A stretch of 64,000 bases of DNA from a phage: the NCBI GenBank assembly GCA_037574385.1, contig GCA_037574385.1_4529.1, one strand, 5' to 3'. Under the pieces are notes generated by a model, which saw only the letters and a program-made list of their open reading frames with translations, made no database searches and was not told where the DNA came from. Numbering within the stretch: position 1 is the stretch's first letter; every line of letters begins with the position of its first letter. Of the stretch, positions 16,959 through 27,967 are shown piece by piece. The position numbers and the translations under genes are program-made.

Positions 16959-17693
16959 TTACCTTAAGATTTTTTCAATTTTAGAATAAAGCTCTTCTAA
17001 CGAGCCGTCGTTTGTAATAACTAAGTCGCCTTCTTCAATAGGCAACCCAGCTTCTGTAATATGTTTATCAGTGGATTCCGTACCAGAGCGAACCACATGA
17101 ATAACTGTAGCACCCATCGCTCTAGCAGTTTCCATTTCATGGACTTGACGTGTATCGGTTACAACATAGTAATCGAAATCACTTCCAATATAATCCATAT
17201 AGTTTAATGCAAAAAGCTTAACCCAATACATACGGTCAAATAAATTAACGACAACATCCGTACCGAGGGCTTGCATAAGACGGCGGATCGACCATGTGTC
17301 GTTGATATTATTTATAGCTTCACGCAGGGCTTCGTATGGTTTAATATCTAGATATGAATATCCACCTTCTAATGATGATAATATGTTAACACCATTAATT
17401 GGTAGGTATTGTCGTTGTAAATAAATTAGCGTTTCTTCCATTAATTCAATAACATCCAATTTATTGAGATTTAATGGTGTTTCACGGTCGTATCCAATGC
17501 CTTCAAAGTATTCATATTTCAACTCGGTGAATACATCAGGGTTTTCGGCATGTTTACGCTCCCAAGCTATTGCTAGAGCGTCTTTAATTGGATATGCTAA
17601 TTGATATTTTATGGATTTAAAGTTTGAATTGATGTAATCAGCAGTAGTGTCTTTACCACTACGTTTGATGCCGCTTAAAAAGATTAGCTCCAT
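16959..17693 (-). CDS. 1: gp1 deoxynucleoside monophosphate kinase
   Basis: P-loop SGIKRSGKDTTAD; long matches to recalled T4 gp1 (DRMYWVKLFAL, ARAMGATVIHVVR, ITEAGLPI..GDLVITNDGSLEEL). Confidence 0.9.
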   Translation of the reverse strand: MELIFLSGIKRSGKDTTADYINSNFKSIKYQLAYPIKDALAIAWERKHAENPDVFTELKYEYFEGIGYDRETPLNLNKLDVIELMEETLIYLQRQYLPINGVNILSSLEGGYSYLDIKPYEALREAINNINDTWSIRRLMQALGTDVVVNLFDRMYWVKLFALNYMDYIGSDFDYYVVTDTRQVHEMETARAMGATVIHVVRSGTESTDKHITEAGLPIEEGDLVITNDGSLEELYSKIEKILR

Positions 17694-17747
17694 AGGTTTT
17701 TCCTCATATAATTTATGAACGATTATAACATATGGAGCTAGAAGCGA

Positions 17748-18338
17748 TTAGCGCAAGGAAGGGTGTCTAGAAATGGATTTAGATTCGGCAGCCTGACGCG
17801 GTTGTTGAGATACAATGACTTCACCGTCTTTTTCTATCGTCATATACGCGTAATGAATAGTTGCTACGCAAGTAACGGCAGGGTCAGAGTCTTCAGTGTA
17901 ACTAAATTCAATTTCGCTCAAATCGGAAATCCATGGTTTATAGAAATTTGCCGTCAAAACTACTTCAGTCTTATTGTTGTTTAAAATGTGCAAAGTAACA
18001 AACTCAGGACCATCGGCATGGGCTGTATTATGACCTGTTATATAGTTATTAGTGCTGAGCATCCATTTATACATGTTCATCCAGGACGTCATGTCTTCAT
18101 CAACTATAAATCGTACAACAAAAGGGTCATATTCAAATGTAGTGCCTGCACGCATTGCACGTCCTAACCCCATTGTGCCTGTCACAGTTTCAACAACAGG
18201 AATTCTCACACCAGGTAATGGAGCCGTTTGGGCATTGAGCACAAAACCTGAAGTTCGTGTACTATCCGGGATATCCACAACAAAGTTTGTTATATTTGTT
18301 TGGTTAAAAATCTGTCTCGCTGGACGAGTCATAAGCAC
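17748..18338 (-). CDS. 3: gp3 tail completion/tube terminator protein (by synteny)
   Basis: Position between genes 1 and 2 as in T4; start may be internal to the ORF. Confidence 0.6.
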   Translation of the reverse strand: MLMTRPARQIFNQTNITNFVVDIPDSTRTSGFVLNAQTAPLPGVRIPVVETVTGTMGLGRAMRAGTTFEYDPFVVRFIVDEDMTSWMNMYKWMLSTNNYITGHNTAHADGPEFVTLHILNNNKTEVVLTANFYKPWISDLSEIEFSYTEDSDPAVTCVATIHYAYMTIEKDGEVIVSQQPRQAAESKSISRHPSLR

Positions 18339-18434
18339 CTCAAAAACGCTTTAATAAAAATGCAGTATAATGGTTTTAGGTCTCTTCCATTAATCCGGTT
18401 CAACAGAATATCAGAAGAACGGAAGAGAATAGAA

Positions 18435-19256
18435 TTAAGATTTCCAAACAGTATTCGCAGAGAAACGTTTTCCTTTTGACATAAACTGCTGAGTAGGTAA
18501 CATGATTATGTTAGCCCAGTCTTTAGGAGCGATTTCTGTTATTGTTCCTCTAATGTGTCCTGGTAGGTATGCTTTAATCATTTTGTCAGCACCTTGAAAT
18601 CCTTTCACCTTGCTCCAGTCTATCTTCAACTTTGTGTTATTAGTAATAGTAGTTGTGCTAGCATATTGCTTCAGCAATTCTTCAAGAAACTGTTGACGTG
18701 CTTTAGGCGGGATATAGTGCAAGTTTAGACCATACATCAAATTATGTTTACCTAATCCTAAATAAATAATCAAAGGATATCGGTCCCAATATGGCAGAGT
18801 ATCTTTATGTTTAGCATCATACACGTAAGTATAAATTTTGCCTGGTGTAGGTTTGACTACTTTATGGCCTTTTACACTTTTCTTAATTGTTTCAACGAAC
18901 CACTTGGATGATTTGTTGTTTACTGCTGCACCTTCATTTCTAATCTTTTCTCGTATTGAACTGCGAAACGAGTTTATCATCAGAAGCTGGCGTTCTTGCT
19001 TATTGAGTTTATTTTTAGGCTTAGATTCAAGCGTTTCAATTTTCTGTGCAGTCTTAATAGATGATGCATATCTAGACATTGCAGATGTAAATGACGAGTA
19101 TTTTATTCCTTTTGATTCTGCAAATGCTTTTGCAGTGATTCCTTTCTCTTTAGCTTTCTTGTATTCTAATCCTATCTCAATCCATTTTCTTTCATTCATA
19201 GACTGAGCAATCTTAGGGGCTTGTACGCCTTCAGATATAATTTGGAATATGCTCAT
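18435..19256 (-). CDS. 2: gp2 DNA end-protector protein
   Basis: 273 aa basic protein (T4 gp2 ~274 aa); synteny 1-3-2-4. Confidence 0.7.
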   Translation of the reverse strand: MSIFQIISEGVQAPKIAQSMNERKWIEIGLEYKKAKEKGITAKAFAESKGIKYSSFTSAMSRYASSIKTAQKIETLESKPKNKLNKQERQLLMINSFRSSIREKIRNEGAAVNNKSSKWFVETIKKSVKGHKVVKPTPGKIYTYVYDAKHKDTLPYWDRYPLIIYLGLGKHNLMYGLNLHYIPPKARQQFLEELLKQYASTTTITNNTKLKIDWSKVKGFQGADKMIKAYLPGHIRGTITEIAPKDWANIIMLPTQQFMSKGKRFSANTVWKS

Positions 19257-19258
19257 AA

Positions 19259-19708
19259 TTACCCCTTGTATCCGAGTTTCCTAAGTCCGTCTTCGGTTAG
19301 AACTCGAAATTTTATATTTCTCTTTTCAGCAACAGCTGAGGCAGCTTTCCATTTGTCACAGTTCACAGACCAGGTATATATTTCATTCATATAACGTTTC
19401 TTTGCCGCGGTCGTAAGATTTGCAGGCTTAATAGGTGGTTGAGTTTCTTTCTTTGGTTTTATTTCTACAAAGAACTCTTGACCTGATGCATCTTTCATCC
19501 ATATGTCCATATAGTATCGACGTTTCTTACCTTCTGCGTTACAGAAATATGGAATTACTGCTGTTTCACTACCCCATGCAATAATTTCTGGATTTTTATC
19601 CAACCATTCAAAAAAGAATTTTTCCCAGTTTGAACGATACGTTATTTTGGTATGGTCTCCACGGTATTTTTTTAAATTTTTTGGGACCCATTTACCAGAG
19701 TAGGCCAT
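19259..19708 (-). CDS. 4: gp4 head completion protein (start at MAYSGKW)
   Basis: 149 aa from internal ATG (T4 gp4 150 aa); divergent from gene 53 as in T4. Confidence 0.7.
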   Translation of the reverse strand: MAYSGKWVPKNLKKYRGDHTKITYRSNWEKFFFEWLDKNPEIIAWGSETAVIPYFCNAEGKKRRYYMDIWMKDASGQEFFVEIKPKKETQPPIKPANLTTAAKKRYMNEIYTWSVNCDKWKAASAVAEKRNIKFRVLTEDGLRKLGYKG

Positions 19709-19719
19709 GTTGTCCTCCT

Positions 19720-19727
19720 TATAAATA
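19720..19727 (+). promoter_or_regulatory. T4 late promoter TATAAATA for gene 53
   Basis: Exact TATAAATA about 43 bp upstream of the gene 53 TTG start. Confidence 0.55.
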
Positions 19728-19734
19728 GTATTAT

Positions 19735-19742
19735 TATTTATA
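19735..19742 (-). promoter_or_regulatory. T4 late promoter TATAAATA for gene 4
   Basis: Exact TATAAATA on minus strand about 27 bp upstream of the gene 4 ATG. Confidence 0.5.
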
Positions 19743-19769
19743 CCAATTTTATATTGGAAGGAGACTATC

Positions 19770-20345
19770 TTGTTATTTACATTCTTCGACCCAATAGGAT
19801 ATAGTGCTAAAACCATTAATAAGAACGCACCTACTATTCCTATGACAGACATATTTCGTAATTATAAAGAGTACTTTAAACGTGTTGCGACCAACTATAG
19901 ATTACAAACTTATTATATTAAAGGTTCTCCGCGCCCAGAAGAACTAGCAAATATAATTTATGGTAATCCACAATTATACTGGGTGCTTTTGATGTGTAAT
20001 GATAACTATGATCCGTATTATGGATGGATTACATCTCAGGAAGCTGCGTATCAGGCATCTATTCAGAAGTATGCAAATGCAGGTGGGGACCAAATTCTTT
20101 ATCATATTAACGAAAAACGCGAGAAATTTTATAACTTAGTTTCATATCCAGATGAGCCATTAGTATGGTATGATAAAGGCGATAAAGCTCGTAAGTATCC
20201 ACAATATAAAGGACCTTTAGCTGCAGTAGATACTTATGAAGCTGCTGTACTAGATAATGAAAAACTTCGTAAAATAAAAATTGTTGCAAAAGAAGATATA
20301 AACTCGTTTATTACTGATTTGATTCGTGAGATGGAGATTGCATAA
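19770..20345 (+). CDS. 53: gp53 baseplate wedge protein (TTG start)
   Basis: 191 aa (T4 196); RBS GGAAGGAGA; precedes gene 5. Confidence 0.75.
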   Translation: MLFTFFDPIGYSAKTINKNAPTIPMTDIFRNYKEYFKRVATNYRLQTYYIKGSPRPEELANIIYGNPQLYWVLLMCNDNYDPYYGWITSQEAAYQASIQKYANAGGDQILYHINEKREKFYNLVSYPDEPLVWYDKGDKARKYPQYKGPLAAVDTYEAAVLDNEKLRKIKIVAKEDINSFITDLIREMEIA

Positions 20346-22078
20346 TGGAAATGATTAGCAGTAGCCTTAATTGGTTCGTGGGTGTTGTCGAGGACAGAAT
20401 GGACCCATTGAAACAAGGGCGTGTTCGAGTACGAGTCGTAGGACTTCATCCTGCGCAGAGAGCACAAGGTGACGTACAAGGTATTCCTACCGAAAAACTT
20501 CCATGGATGACTGTTATTCAACCTATTACATCTGCATCAATGTCGGGTATTGGTGGTTCTGTTACAGGCCCTGTTGAAGGAACTCGAGTATATGGTCATT
20601 TCTTAGACAAATGGAAAACAAACGGTATTGTACTAGGTACATATGGTGGAATTGTACGCGAAAAGCCTAATAGACTCGAAGGTTTTTCCGACCCTACAGG
20701 TCAATATCCGCGACGTTTAGGTAATGATACGAACGTATTAAACCAAGGTGGTGAAGCCGGTTATTATTCGAACTCTAACGTAATTCAAGATAACAACTTA
20801 GATTACGGTATAAACCCAGATGATACAGATTTAGCAAATATTCCAGAAGATGATGACCCTAATTTTACAATAACAGAAATGTTACGTCGTGATGAAGGTC
20901 TTCGTGATAAAGTGTATTGGGACCATCTAGGGTATCCTACAGTAGGTATTGGACACCTTATCGTAATGGAAAAGACCCGAGACATGACTCGAATTAATAA
21001 ATTGTTATCAGATCAAGTAGGGCGTGAAGTAACAGGAAATCCCGGGACTATTACATTAGAAGAAGCAACAGCTCTATTTGAGAAGGACCTTGCTAAGATG
21101 CAGAAAGACATTCGTTCTAATTCTAAAGTAGGACCTGTTTATGCCAAAATGAATAGGTCTCGCCAAATGGCATTAGAAAACATGTGCTTCCAAATGGGCG
21201 TTGGCGGTGTAGCAAAATTCAATACTATGCTTAAAGCAATGGCCACAGGCGATTGGAAAACCGCATACAAATCCGGGCGCGATTCGTTATGGTTCCAACA
21301 GACTAAAGGGCGCGCTTCACGTGTAACAACAATTATTTTAACTGGTAACATGGAATCATACGGTGTTCCTGTTAAAACACCACCTTCACCAGGAGTCGGT
21401 GCCGATTTAGTTACTAGAAATACCGATCCAGAAGACCCGGCTGGTCCTCCTGTTCCATTAGATTCGCGTATCCTTTTTAAAGAACCTGAATCAAGTTATC
21501 GTGGTGAATACCCGTATGTTCATGCTATGGAAACAGAAAGCGGTCATATCCAAGAGTTTGACGACACTCCAGGTAACGAACGTTATCGCTTAGTTCATCC
21601 AACAGGGTCATATGAGGAAGTTTCTCCATCCGGGCGGCGTACTCGTAAAACTGTAGAAGACCTTTTTGACATCACTAATGGCGATGGGAACTTCTTGATT
21701 TCCGGTGATAAACTTGTTAACGTTGGTGCTAACGAAATATATTATAACATGGCGGACCGCCTCCATCAAATAGATGGCAATGACACAATCTTTATTCGTG
21801 GTAACCAAACTAAAACTGTTGAAGGTGATGGAACTCTTTACGTTAAGGGTAATATCAAAATAGTCGTTGACGGGAATGCAGATATTCTTGTTAAAGGTGA
21901 TGCTAAAACTCAGGTCGAAGGGAATCATGACTATACTGTCAATGGTAATGTTAAATGGACTGTTAATGGTAATGTTGATATGGCTGTTGCCGGTAATTGG
22001 TCGGAGACAATGACTACAATGAGCTCAATAGCTTCAGGACAATATACTGTTGACGGGTCTCGTATTGATATTGGGTAA
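20345..22078 (+). CDS. 5: gp5 baseplate central spike with lysozyme domain
   Basis: N-terminus MEMISSSLNWFVGVVED matches T4 gp5; internal lysozyme domain (EMLRRDEGLRDKVYWDHLGYPTVGIGHL); C-terminal VxGxxxxx beta-helix repeats. Confidence 0.95.
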   Translation: MEMISSSLNWFVGVVEDRMDPLKQGRVRVRVVGLHPAQRAQGDVQGIPTEKLPWMTVIQPITSASMSGIGGSVTGPVEGTRVYGHFLDKWKTNGIVLGTYGGIVREKPNRLEGFSDPTGQYPRRLGNDTNVLNQGGEAGYYSNSNVIQDNNLDYGINPDDTDLANIPEDDDPNFTITEMLRRDEGLRDKVYWDHLGYPTVGIGHLIVMEKTRDMTRINKLLSDQVGREVTGNPGTITLEEATALFEKDLAKMQKDIRSNSKVGPVYAKMNRSRQMALENMCFQMGVGGVAKFNTMLKAMATGDWKTAYKSGRDSLWFQQTKGRASRVTTIILTGNMESYGVPVKTPPSPGVGADLVTRNTDPEDPAGPPVPLDSRILFKEPESSYRGEYPYVHAMETESGHIQEFDDTPGNERYRLVHPTGSYEEVSPSGRRTRKTVEDLFDITNGDGNFLISGDKLVNVGANEIYYNMADRLHQIDGNDTIFIRGNQTKTVEGDGTLYVKGNIKIVVDGNADILVKGDAKTQVEGNHDYTVNGNVKWTVNGNVDMAVAGNWSETMTTMSSIASGQYTVDGSRIDIG

Positions 22079-22081
22079 TAT

Positions 22082-22597
22082 ATGGCACAAATACTTCCTT
22101 TAAATACCGACTTAGGAGAAGACATGGAAGGGGCGTCTATTGACGTCCTTTTTACTCCGCAGTTAGAAACTACCGAAACTTTGGTGTCAATAAATATAAT
22201 AGATTATGAACCAACACAAGGCATTACAGTTGACGGTAATCACTTATATGGAACATACGAAAGCGTATTTAGCTTTTCTTCAGATGCATTGAAATATCGA
22301 TTAAACGATGATTTTAAAACTGCATCTTCATGGGAAGATTTACCACAAGACCAAAGCACTCAACTATATTTGTGGAGAGCTCCTCAGAACCTCCGTAAAG
22401 TATTTAGTTATACGGTTGAAATGATTTATAACTACCAAGAAGAAGGTTCATCAGGCGGCTCAAGAAGTGACTCTAGTATAGAACCTCCGCCAGCTCCGGT
22501 GCAAAAAACTCTTACTAAGGTTTATACAAAAACTATAGTAGGAAATTGGAGCAAATGGGCTCAACAATTACGAAACTATGTTTATGCGAGGCCATAA
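22082..22597 (+). CDS. 5.1: gp5.1-like protein
   Basis: 171-aa ORF between genes 5 and 5.4. Confidence 0.6.
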   Translation: MAQILPLNTDLGEDMEGASIDVLFTPQLETTETLVSINIIDYEPTQGITVDGNHLYGTYESVFSFSSDALKYRLNDDFKTASSWEDLPQDQSTQLYLWRAPQNLRKVFSYTVEMIYNYQEEGSSGGSRSDSSIEPPPAPVQKTLTKVYTKTIVGNWSKWAQQLRNYVYARP

Positions 22598-22599
22598 AA

Positions 22600-22893
22600 A
22601 TGTCTGGATTAAGTTACGACCAGTGCGTTACAACAGGTCATGAAGCATGGCCTCCTACAGTAATTAATGCTTCTCAATCTAAAGTATTCACCGGCGGTAT
22701 TCCTGTTCTTGTAGCAGGAGATCAAATAACACCTCATACAGAAATTAAAAAACCGTACGAGACTCATGGTGGTGTTACTGAACCTCGTACATCTAAAGTA
22801 TATGTCACCGGTAAAAAGGCCGTTCAAATGGCTGACCCAATTTCATGCGGGGACACTGTTTCTCAGGCCTCGTCAAAAGTCTTTATAAAATAG
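22600..22893 (+). CDS. 5.4: gp5.4 PAAR-repeat spike tip (start at MSGLSYDQ)
   Basis: 97 aa from internal ATG, as T4 gp5.4; conserved Cys/His. Confidence 0.7.
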   Translation: MSGLSYDQCVTTGHEAWPPTVINASQSKVFTGGIPVLVAGDQITPHTEIKKPYETHGGVTEPRTSKVYVTGKKAVQMADPISCGDTVSQASSKVFIK

Positions 22894-22901
22894 GAATTAA
22901 A

Positions 22902-24872
22902 ATGGCAAACACTCCTGTAAATTATCAGTTAGTCAGAACGGCGAATGCTATTCCCGAAATTTTTATCGGGGGCACATTTGCCGAAATTAAAACAAATATA
23001 ATCGAATGGCTCAATGGACAGAACGAATTTCTTGATTATGATTTTGAAGGTTCGCGTTTAAACGTATTGTGTGACCTTTTAGCATATAATACTCTTTATA
23101 TCCAACAGTTCAGTAATAGTGCAGTGTATGAAAGCTTTATGCGTACTGCTAACTTGCGCAGTTCCGTTGTACAAGCGGCTCAGGATAATGGATATCTGCC
23201 TGCATCTAAATCGGCAGCACAAACAGAAATTATGCTCACATGTACGGATGCATTAAATAGAAACTATATCACTATTCCACGTGGTACTCGTTTCCTGGCG
23301 TATGCTAAAGGTACTTCTGTAAATCCATATAACTTTGTTTCCACTGAAGACGTCATTGTAGTTAAAGACAAAAATAATCAATATTTCCCACGTCTTAGGT
23401 TAGCTCAGGGACGTATTGTTCGTACTGAATTAACATTTGATAAATTAAAACCTATCATTATTCGTGATAAGAACATTGACCGTAATTTGGTTAAATTGTA
23501 TGTTGACGGAGCAGAATGGATTAACTGGACTCGCAAATCGATGGTTCATGCTGGTTCTACTTCAACCATTTATTATATGCGAGAAACTGTTGACGGGAAC
23601 ACTGAATTTTATTTTGGTGAAGGTGAAATCTCTATTAACACGTCAGAAGGTGCTTTAACATCTAACTACATTGGCGGCCTTAAACCTGTCCAGGGTTCTA
23701 AAATAGTAATTGAATATATTTCTACTAATGGTGCTGAAGCAAATGGTGCAGTAGGATTCTCTTATGCTGATACATTAGCTAATATCACAGTTATTGGAAT
23801 TAATGAAAACCCGAGTAATAACCCTGACTTCGTTGGTGCGGATGGCGGTGGCGACCCTGAAGATATTGAACGTATCCGTGAATTAGGTACAATTAAACGT
23901 GAAACTCAACAACGATGTGTGACAGCGACCGATTACGACACATTCGTCTCTGAACGATTTGGTTCTATTATTCAAGCGGTTCAGACATTTACGGATTCAT
24001 CTAAGCCTGGGTACGCATTTATTGCTGCTAAACCTAAGTCTGGGTTATATTTGACTTCCGTCCAACGAGACGATATTAAAAATTATCTTAATGAGTATAA
24101 CTTAGGGACGATAACTCCTGTTGTTATTTCTCCTGATTATTTGTTTATTAAAATGAATATTCGCGTTACGTATGCATTGAACAAATTACAGGAATCTGAA
24201 CAATGGTTAGAAGGCCAAATTATTAATAAAATCGACCGGTATTATATTGAAGACGTGGAAATTTTTAACTCGTCGTTCGCAAAATCTAAAATGCTAACGT
24301 ATGTCGATGACGCAGATATTTCTATCATTGGTTCGTCTGCGACTATTCAAATGGTTCGCGAGGTACAGAACTTCTACAAAACACCTGAAACAGGTATTAA
24401 ATACAATAACCAGATTAAAGATAGAACATTAGAATCTAACGTGTTTTCATTTGATAGTTTACGCGTTGACCCTGAAACGGAAACTACTATTAAATATGAT
24501 GTTCGCATTGTAGGTTCAGATAGAAATGACCGTGGCATTGGACAAGTTATCATTGGCCCGTTTGCAGATGGCGACGTTATGGAAAATGCTTATATTCAAC
24601 CATATACTGGTGACGATTTTAATAAACTTCATGTTACGGACGGAAGAAACAAATATTACTCTATAGGTGAAGTAAATTATCCGGCTGATTCAATTTATTG
24701 GAATATAGCTAAAATTGATTTAACATCTGATAGGTTTGAAGTTCAAACTATTGAACTCTATTCAGACCCAGCTGATGATGTTATCTTTACTAAAGACGGG
24801 TCATTAATTGTATTTGAAAATGACTTACGTCCACAATATTTAACCATAGATTTGGAGCCTATTTCACAATGA
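22902..24872 (+). CDS. 6: gp6 baseplate wedge protein (start at MANTPVNYQ)
   Basis: 656 aa (T4 660); synteny. Confidence 0.85.
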   Translation: MANTPVNYQLVRTANAIPEIFIGGTFAEIKTNIIEWLNGQNEFLDYDFEGSRLNVLCDLLAYNTLYIQQFSNSAVYESFMRTANLRSSVVQAAQDNGYLPASKSAAQTEIMLTCTDALNRNYITIPRGTRFLAYAKGTSVNPYNFVSTEDVIVVKDKNNQYFPRLRLAQGRIVRTELTFDKLKPIIIRDKNIDRNLVKLYVDGAEWINWTRKSMVHAGSTSTIYYMRETVDGNTEFYFGEGEISINTSEGALTSNYIGGLKPVQGSKIVIEYISTNGAEANGAVGFSYADTLANITVIGINENPSNNPDFVGADGGGDPEDIERIRELGTIKRETQQRCVTATDYDTFVSERFGSIIQAVQTFTDSSKPGYAFIAAKPKSGLYLTSVQRDDIKNYLNEYNLGTITPVVISPDYLFIKMNIRVTYALNKLQESEQWLEGQIINKIDRYYIEDVEIFNSSFAKSKMLTYVDDADISIIGSSATIQMVREVQNFYKTPETGIKYNNQIKDRTLESNVFSFDSLRVDPETETTIKYDVRIVGSDRNDRGIGQVIIGPFADGDVMENAYIQPYTGDDFNKLHVTDGRNKYYSIGEVNYPADSIYWNIAKIDLTSDRFEVQTIELYSDPADDVIFTKDGSLIVFENDLRPQYLTIDLEPISQ

Positions 24873-27800
24873 CAGTAAAAGCGCCAGCAGTCACGAGTCT
24901 CAGATTATCTAAATTGTCCGCAAACCAAGTTCAAATTCGCTGGGATGAGGTTGGCGCTAATTTCTACTATTTTGTGGAAATAGCTGAGACCAAAACAGCT
25001 AACGGGGAAGCAATTCCCCGTAATAGCTATAGATGGACTAATTTAGGATATACAGCTGATAACAATTTCTTTGAGTCTGGTTTAAATTCATTAACAACAT
25101 ATATGATGCGTGTGGCTACAGCAGCAGAGGGATTTGAGCAGTCTGATTGGAGATACACCGAAGAGTTTGAAACATTTGAAATAAACGCTTACACATTCCA
25201 ACATATGATTGAAATGCAATTAGCTAACGAGTTTATTTCTGAAAAATTTACAAAAAATAATACAAACTACGTTGATTTTAATAATGACACGATCATGGCA
25301 GCACTGATGAGCGAGTCGTTCCAATTTAGTCCTGCATACACCGATGTGTCATCGATTAGAAATTTTATAATTGGTGAAAATCAGTATCATGAAATCCAGG
25401 GGCATATTCAGGATGTATGTAAAGATATAAATCGAGTATATCTAATGGAATCTGAAGGAATTCTTTACCTTTTTGAAAGATTCCAACCTATTGTAAAAGT
25501 GTCTAATGATAAAGGCCAAACATGGAAAGCGGTTAAATTGCTTAATGACCGTGTAGGATATCCACTTTCACGAACCGTATATTACCAATCAGAATATACG
25601 ACGTATTTGCTCGGCTATGATAAGATTTTTTACGGGCGTAAATCATCCGATATTCGTTGGTCTGCTGATGATGTTCGTTTCAGTTCACAAGACGTAACAT
25701 TTGCTAAAATCGGGGACCAATTAAATTTAGGTTTTGATGTAGAGATTTTCGGTACATACGCGTCATTACCAGGAAACGTATCACGTATTGCAGAAGCTAT
25801 TACTTGTAATGATGACTATGTTTATATTGCGGCCAGAGATAAAGTTCGCTTCGTTAAAACCAGTAACGCTCCTATTGATTCAGATCCATTATCTCCGACC
25901 TATTCCGAACGGTTGTTTGAACCTGAGACGTTTACAATAACAGGCAACCCTAAAGCAGTTTGTTATAAAATGGATTCTGTTGGTGGGAGAATATTCGCTC
26001 TTATTATTGGTGAAGTCGAAAACGTTAATGACGACCCAAGAACAAAGCCTATTTTAGATTCCGTTGATAAAGGTGTATACGTTTTAGACCATGATGCTGG
26101 AACATTTAAAAGGATATTTGGTAATACCGAAGAAGAACGCCGTCGTATAGAACCAGCTTTCACCAATATGTCTACTGATGGTGTTGAGCTTTATATCTCT
26201 TCTAGTAATTTTAAATTTTTAGAATCTGATATTGTTGACGACCCAGAAACGCAATCTAAGTATGGACTTTTAGGAGCAGTTAAGTATGAATATCCTAGAG
26301 AATGGCTCGCAGATAAACATTACCATATGATGATTTTCGCATCAAACGAAGAAAGTAATTGGGAAACTTTTTCACCAACTCCTATGCAGTATTATGCAGA
26401 ACCTTTCTTTAGTTATTCTAGAAAATCAGGCACACGTTCTTGGATTAATAACTCTGATAGAGCGGTAGTGATTTATTCTGATTTGCTTTATACAAAGGTA
26501 GTGGAAAGCCACCCTAGCACTTCACCTGATCGTAAAGTTCACGAATACTGGAATGATGGCGATTGTAAGATTGTTATGCCGAATATAGAATTCACTGGAT
26601 TTAAAAAATACGCATCTGGTATGTTGTTTTATAAATCATCAGGTGAAATAATTTCATATTACGATTTTAGTTATCGTGTTAGAGATAACGTTTCTATAAT
26701 TTGGAAGCCAACTAACGTATTTTTGACCGCCTCATTACAAAACCAAGAAAAAGAAACTTCTTGGGTTCCTGTTGAAGAGACAGGTCTAGCTGACCCGGAT
26801 TTACGCCCATTACTCACTACAATGATGCCAGAGTCTTATCTGTTGGATAATACAAACTTTGAAGCGTTTTGTGAAGCGTATATTCAATATCTTTCTGATG
26901 GATACGGGACTCATTATAATAACTTATTGAATTTGATTAAAAATAAATACCCACGAGAAGAACACGCATGGGAATATCTTTGGTCTGAAATTTATAAACG
27001 GAACATTTATTTGAATGCCGAGAAACGTGATTTAGTTTCTAGGTTCTTTGAGTCTAGAAGTTATGATTTTTATTCTACTAAAGGAACTGAAGCGTCGTAT
27101 AAGTTTTTGTTTAAAGTTCTTTATAACGAAGACGTTGAAGTGGAAATCGAGTCATCTGCTGGAACAGAGTATGATATCATAATTCAATCTGATTCCATAA
27201 GTGAAGATTTGGTTGGACAAACTATATACACCGCTACAGGTAGATGTAATGTTACATATTTGGAAAGAAGCTATTCTAAAGGTAAATTACAATGGACTGT
27301 GACTATTCATAACCTTTTAGGTAGGCTTTTAGTCGGTCAAGAAGTAAAAGCCGAAAGACTAGCAGATTTTGAAGGTGAAATAGTTCGCGGTATTAAAGGT
27401 AAAGAACTTGCCCAAAACACTATCGATTATTTTAATCGTGGTAGAGCTTATTACGTCATGAAAATAAAGTCAAATCTTCCATCCTCTCGTTGGAAATCTG
27501 ACGTACTACGTTTTGTACATCCGGTAGGATTTGGATTTATTGCAATAACCTTATTAACAATGTTTATTAATACAGGATTAACGCTTAAACATGTTGAAAC
27601 TATTATTAATAAATATAAAAATTATAAGTGGGATTCCGGACTGCCTACGGAATATGCAGACCGCGTCGCTCGTTTAGACCCTCAAGGTAATGTAGAATTC
27701 AATCCTGTTACAGGTGAAGTAATTTATGATGCTGGTCCTTATGCCGGTATCGAATACCCTTTACCTGCAAATTATAATGAAGAAAATGATAACTCTATTT

Positions 27801-27967
27801 TCCAAGGACAATTACCGTCCGAACGACGCAAGCCAATGAGCCCATTATTTGATGCATCAGGTACAACGTTCTCTAGATTTAGAGAGCTTGTTAATGAAAG
27901 ATTGTTAGATAACGTGGGAAATCCTAGAGACCCGATTAATCCACCACAGGTTAAATTAGATGAATGA
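24869..27967 (+). CDS. 7: gp7 baseplate wedge protein
   Basis: 1032 aa, same size as T4 gp7; ATGA overlap with gene 6. Confidence 0.85.
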   Translation: MTVKAPAVTSLRLSKLSANQVQIRWDEVGANFYYFVEIAETKTANGEAIPRNSYRWTNLGYTADNNFFESGLNSLTTYMMRVATAAEGFEQSDWRYTEEFETFEINAYTFQHMIEMQLANEFISEKFTKNNTNYVDFNNDTIMAALMSESFQFSPAYTDVSSIRNFIIGENQYHEIQGHIQDVCKDINRVYLMESEGILYLFERFQPIVKVSNDKGQTWKAVKLLNDRVGYPLSRTVYYQSEYTTYLLGYDKIFYGRKSSDIRWSADDVRFSSQDVTFAKIGDQLNLGFDVEIFGTYASLPGNVSRIAEAITCNDDYVYIAARDKVRFVKTSNAPIDSDPLSPTYSERLFEPETFTITGNPKAVCYKMDSVGGRIFALIIGEVENVNDDPRTKPILDSVDKGVYVLDHDAGTFKRIFGNTEEERRRIEPAFTNMSTDGVELYISSSNFKFLESDIVDDPETQSKYGLLGAVKYEYPREWLADKHYHMMIFASNEESNWETFSPTPMQYYAEPFFSYSRKSGTRSWINNSDRAVVIYSDLLYTKVVESHPSTSPDRKVHEYWNDGDCKIVMPNIEFTGFKKYASGMLFYKSSGEIISYYDFSYRVRDNVSIIWKPTNVFLTASLQNQEKETSWVPVEETGLADPDLRPLLTTMMPESYLLDNTNFEAFCEAYIQYLSDGYGTHYNNLLNLIKNKYPREEHAWEYLWSEIYKRNIYLNAEKRDLVSRFFESRSYDFYSTKGTEASYKFLFKVLYNEDVEVEIESSAGTEYDIIIQSDSISEDLVGQTIYTATGRCNVTYLERSYSKGKLQWTVTIHNLLGRLLVGQEVKAERLADFEGEIVRGIKGKELAQNTIDYFNRGRAYYVMKIKSNLPSSRWKSDVLRFVHPVGFGFIAITLLTMFINTGLTLKHVETIINKYKNYKWDSGLPTEYADRVARLDPQGNVEFNPVTGEVIYDAGPYAGIEYPLPANYNEENDNSIFQGQLPSERRKPMSPLFDASGTTFSRFRELVNERLLDNVGNPRDPINPPQVKLDE

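Noticed and set aside
18838-19206. Plus-strand 122-aa ORF inside gene 2, and similar antisense ORFs inside late genes (e.g. 20803..20985, 25963..26166, 46054..46398)
   Set aside because: Shadow ORFs opposite well-supported structural genes.
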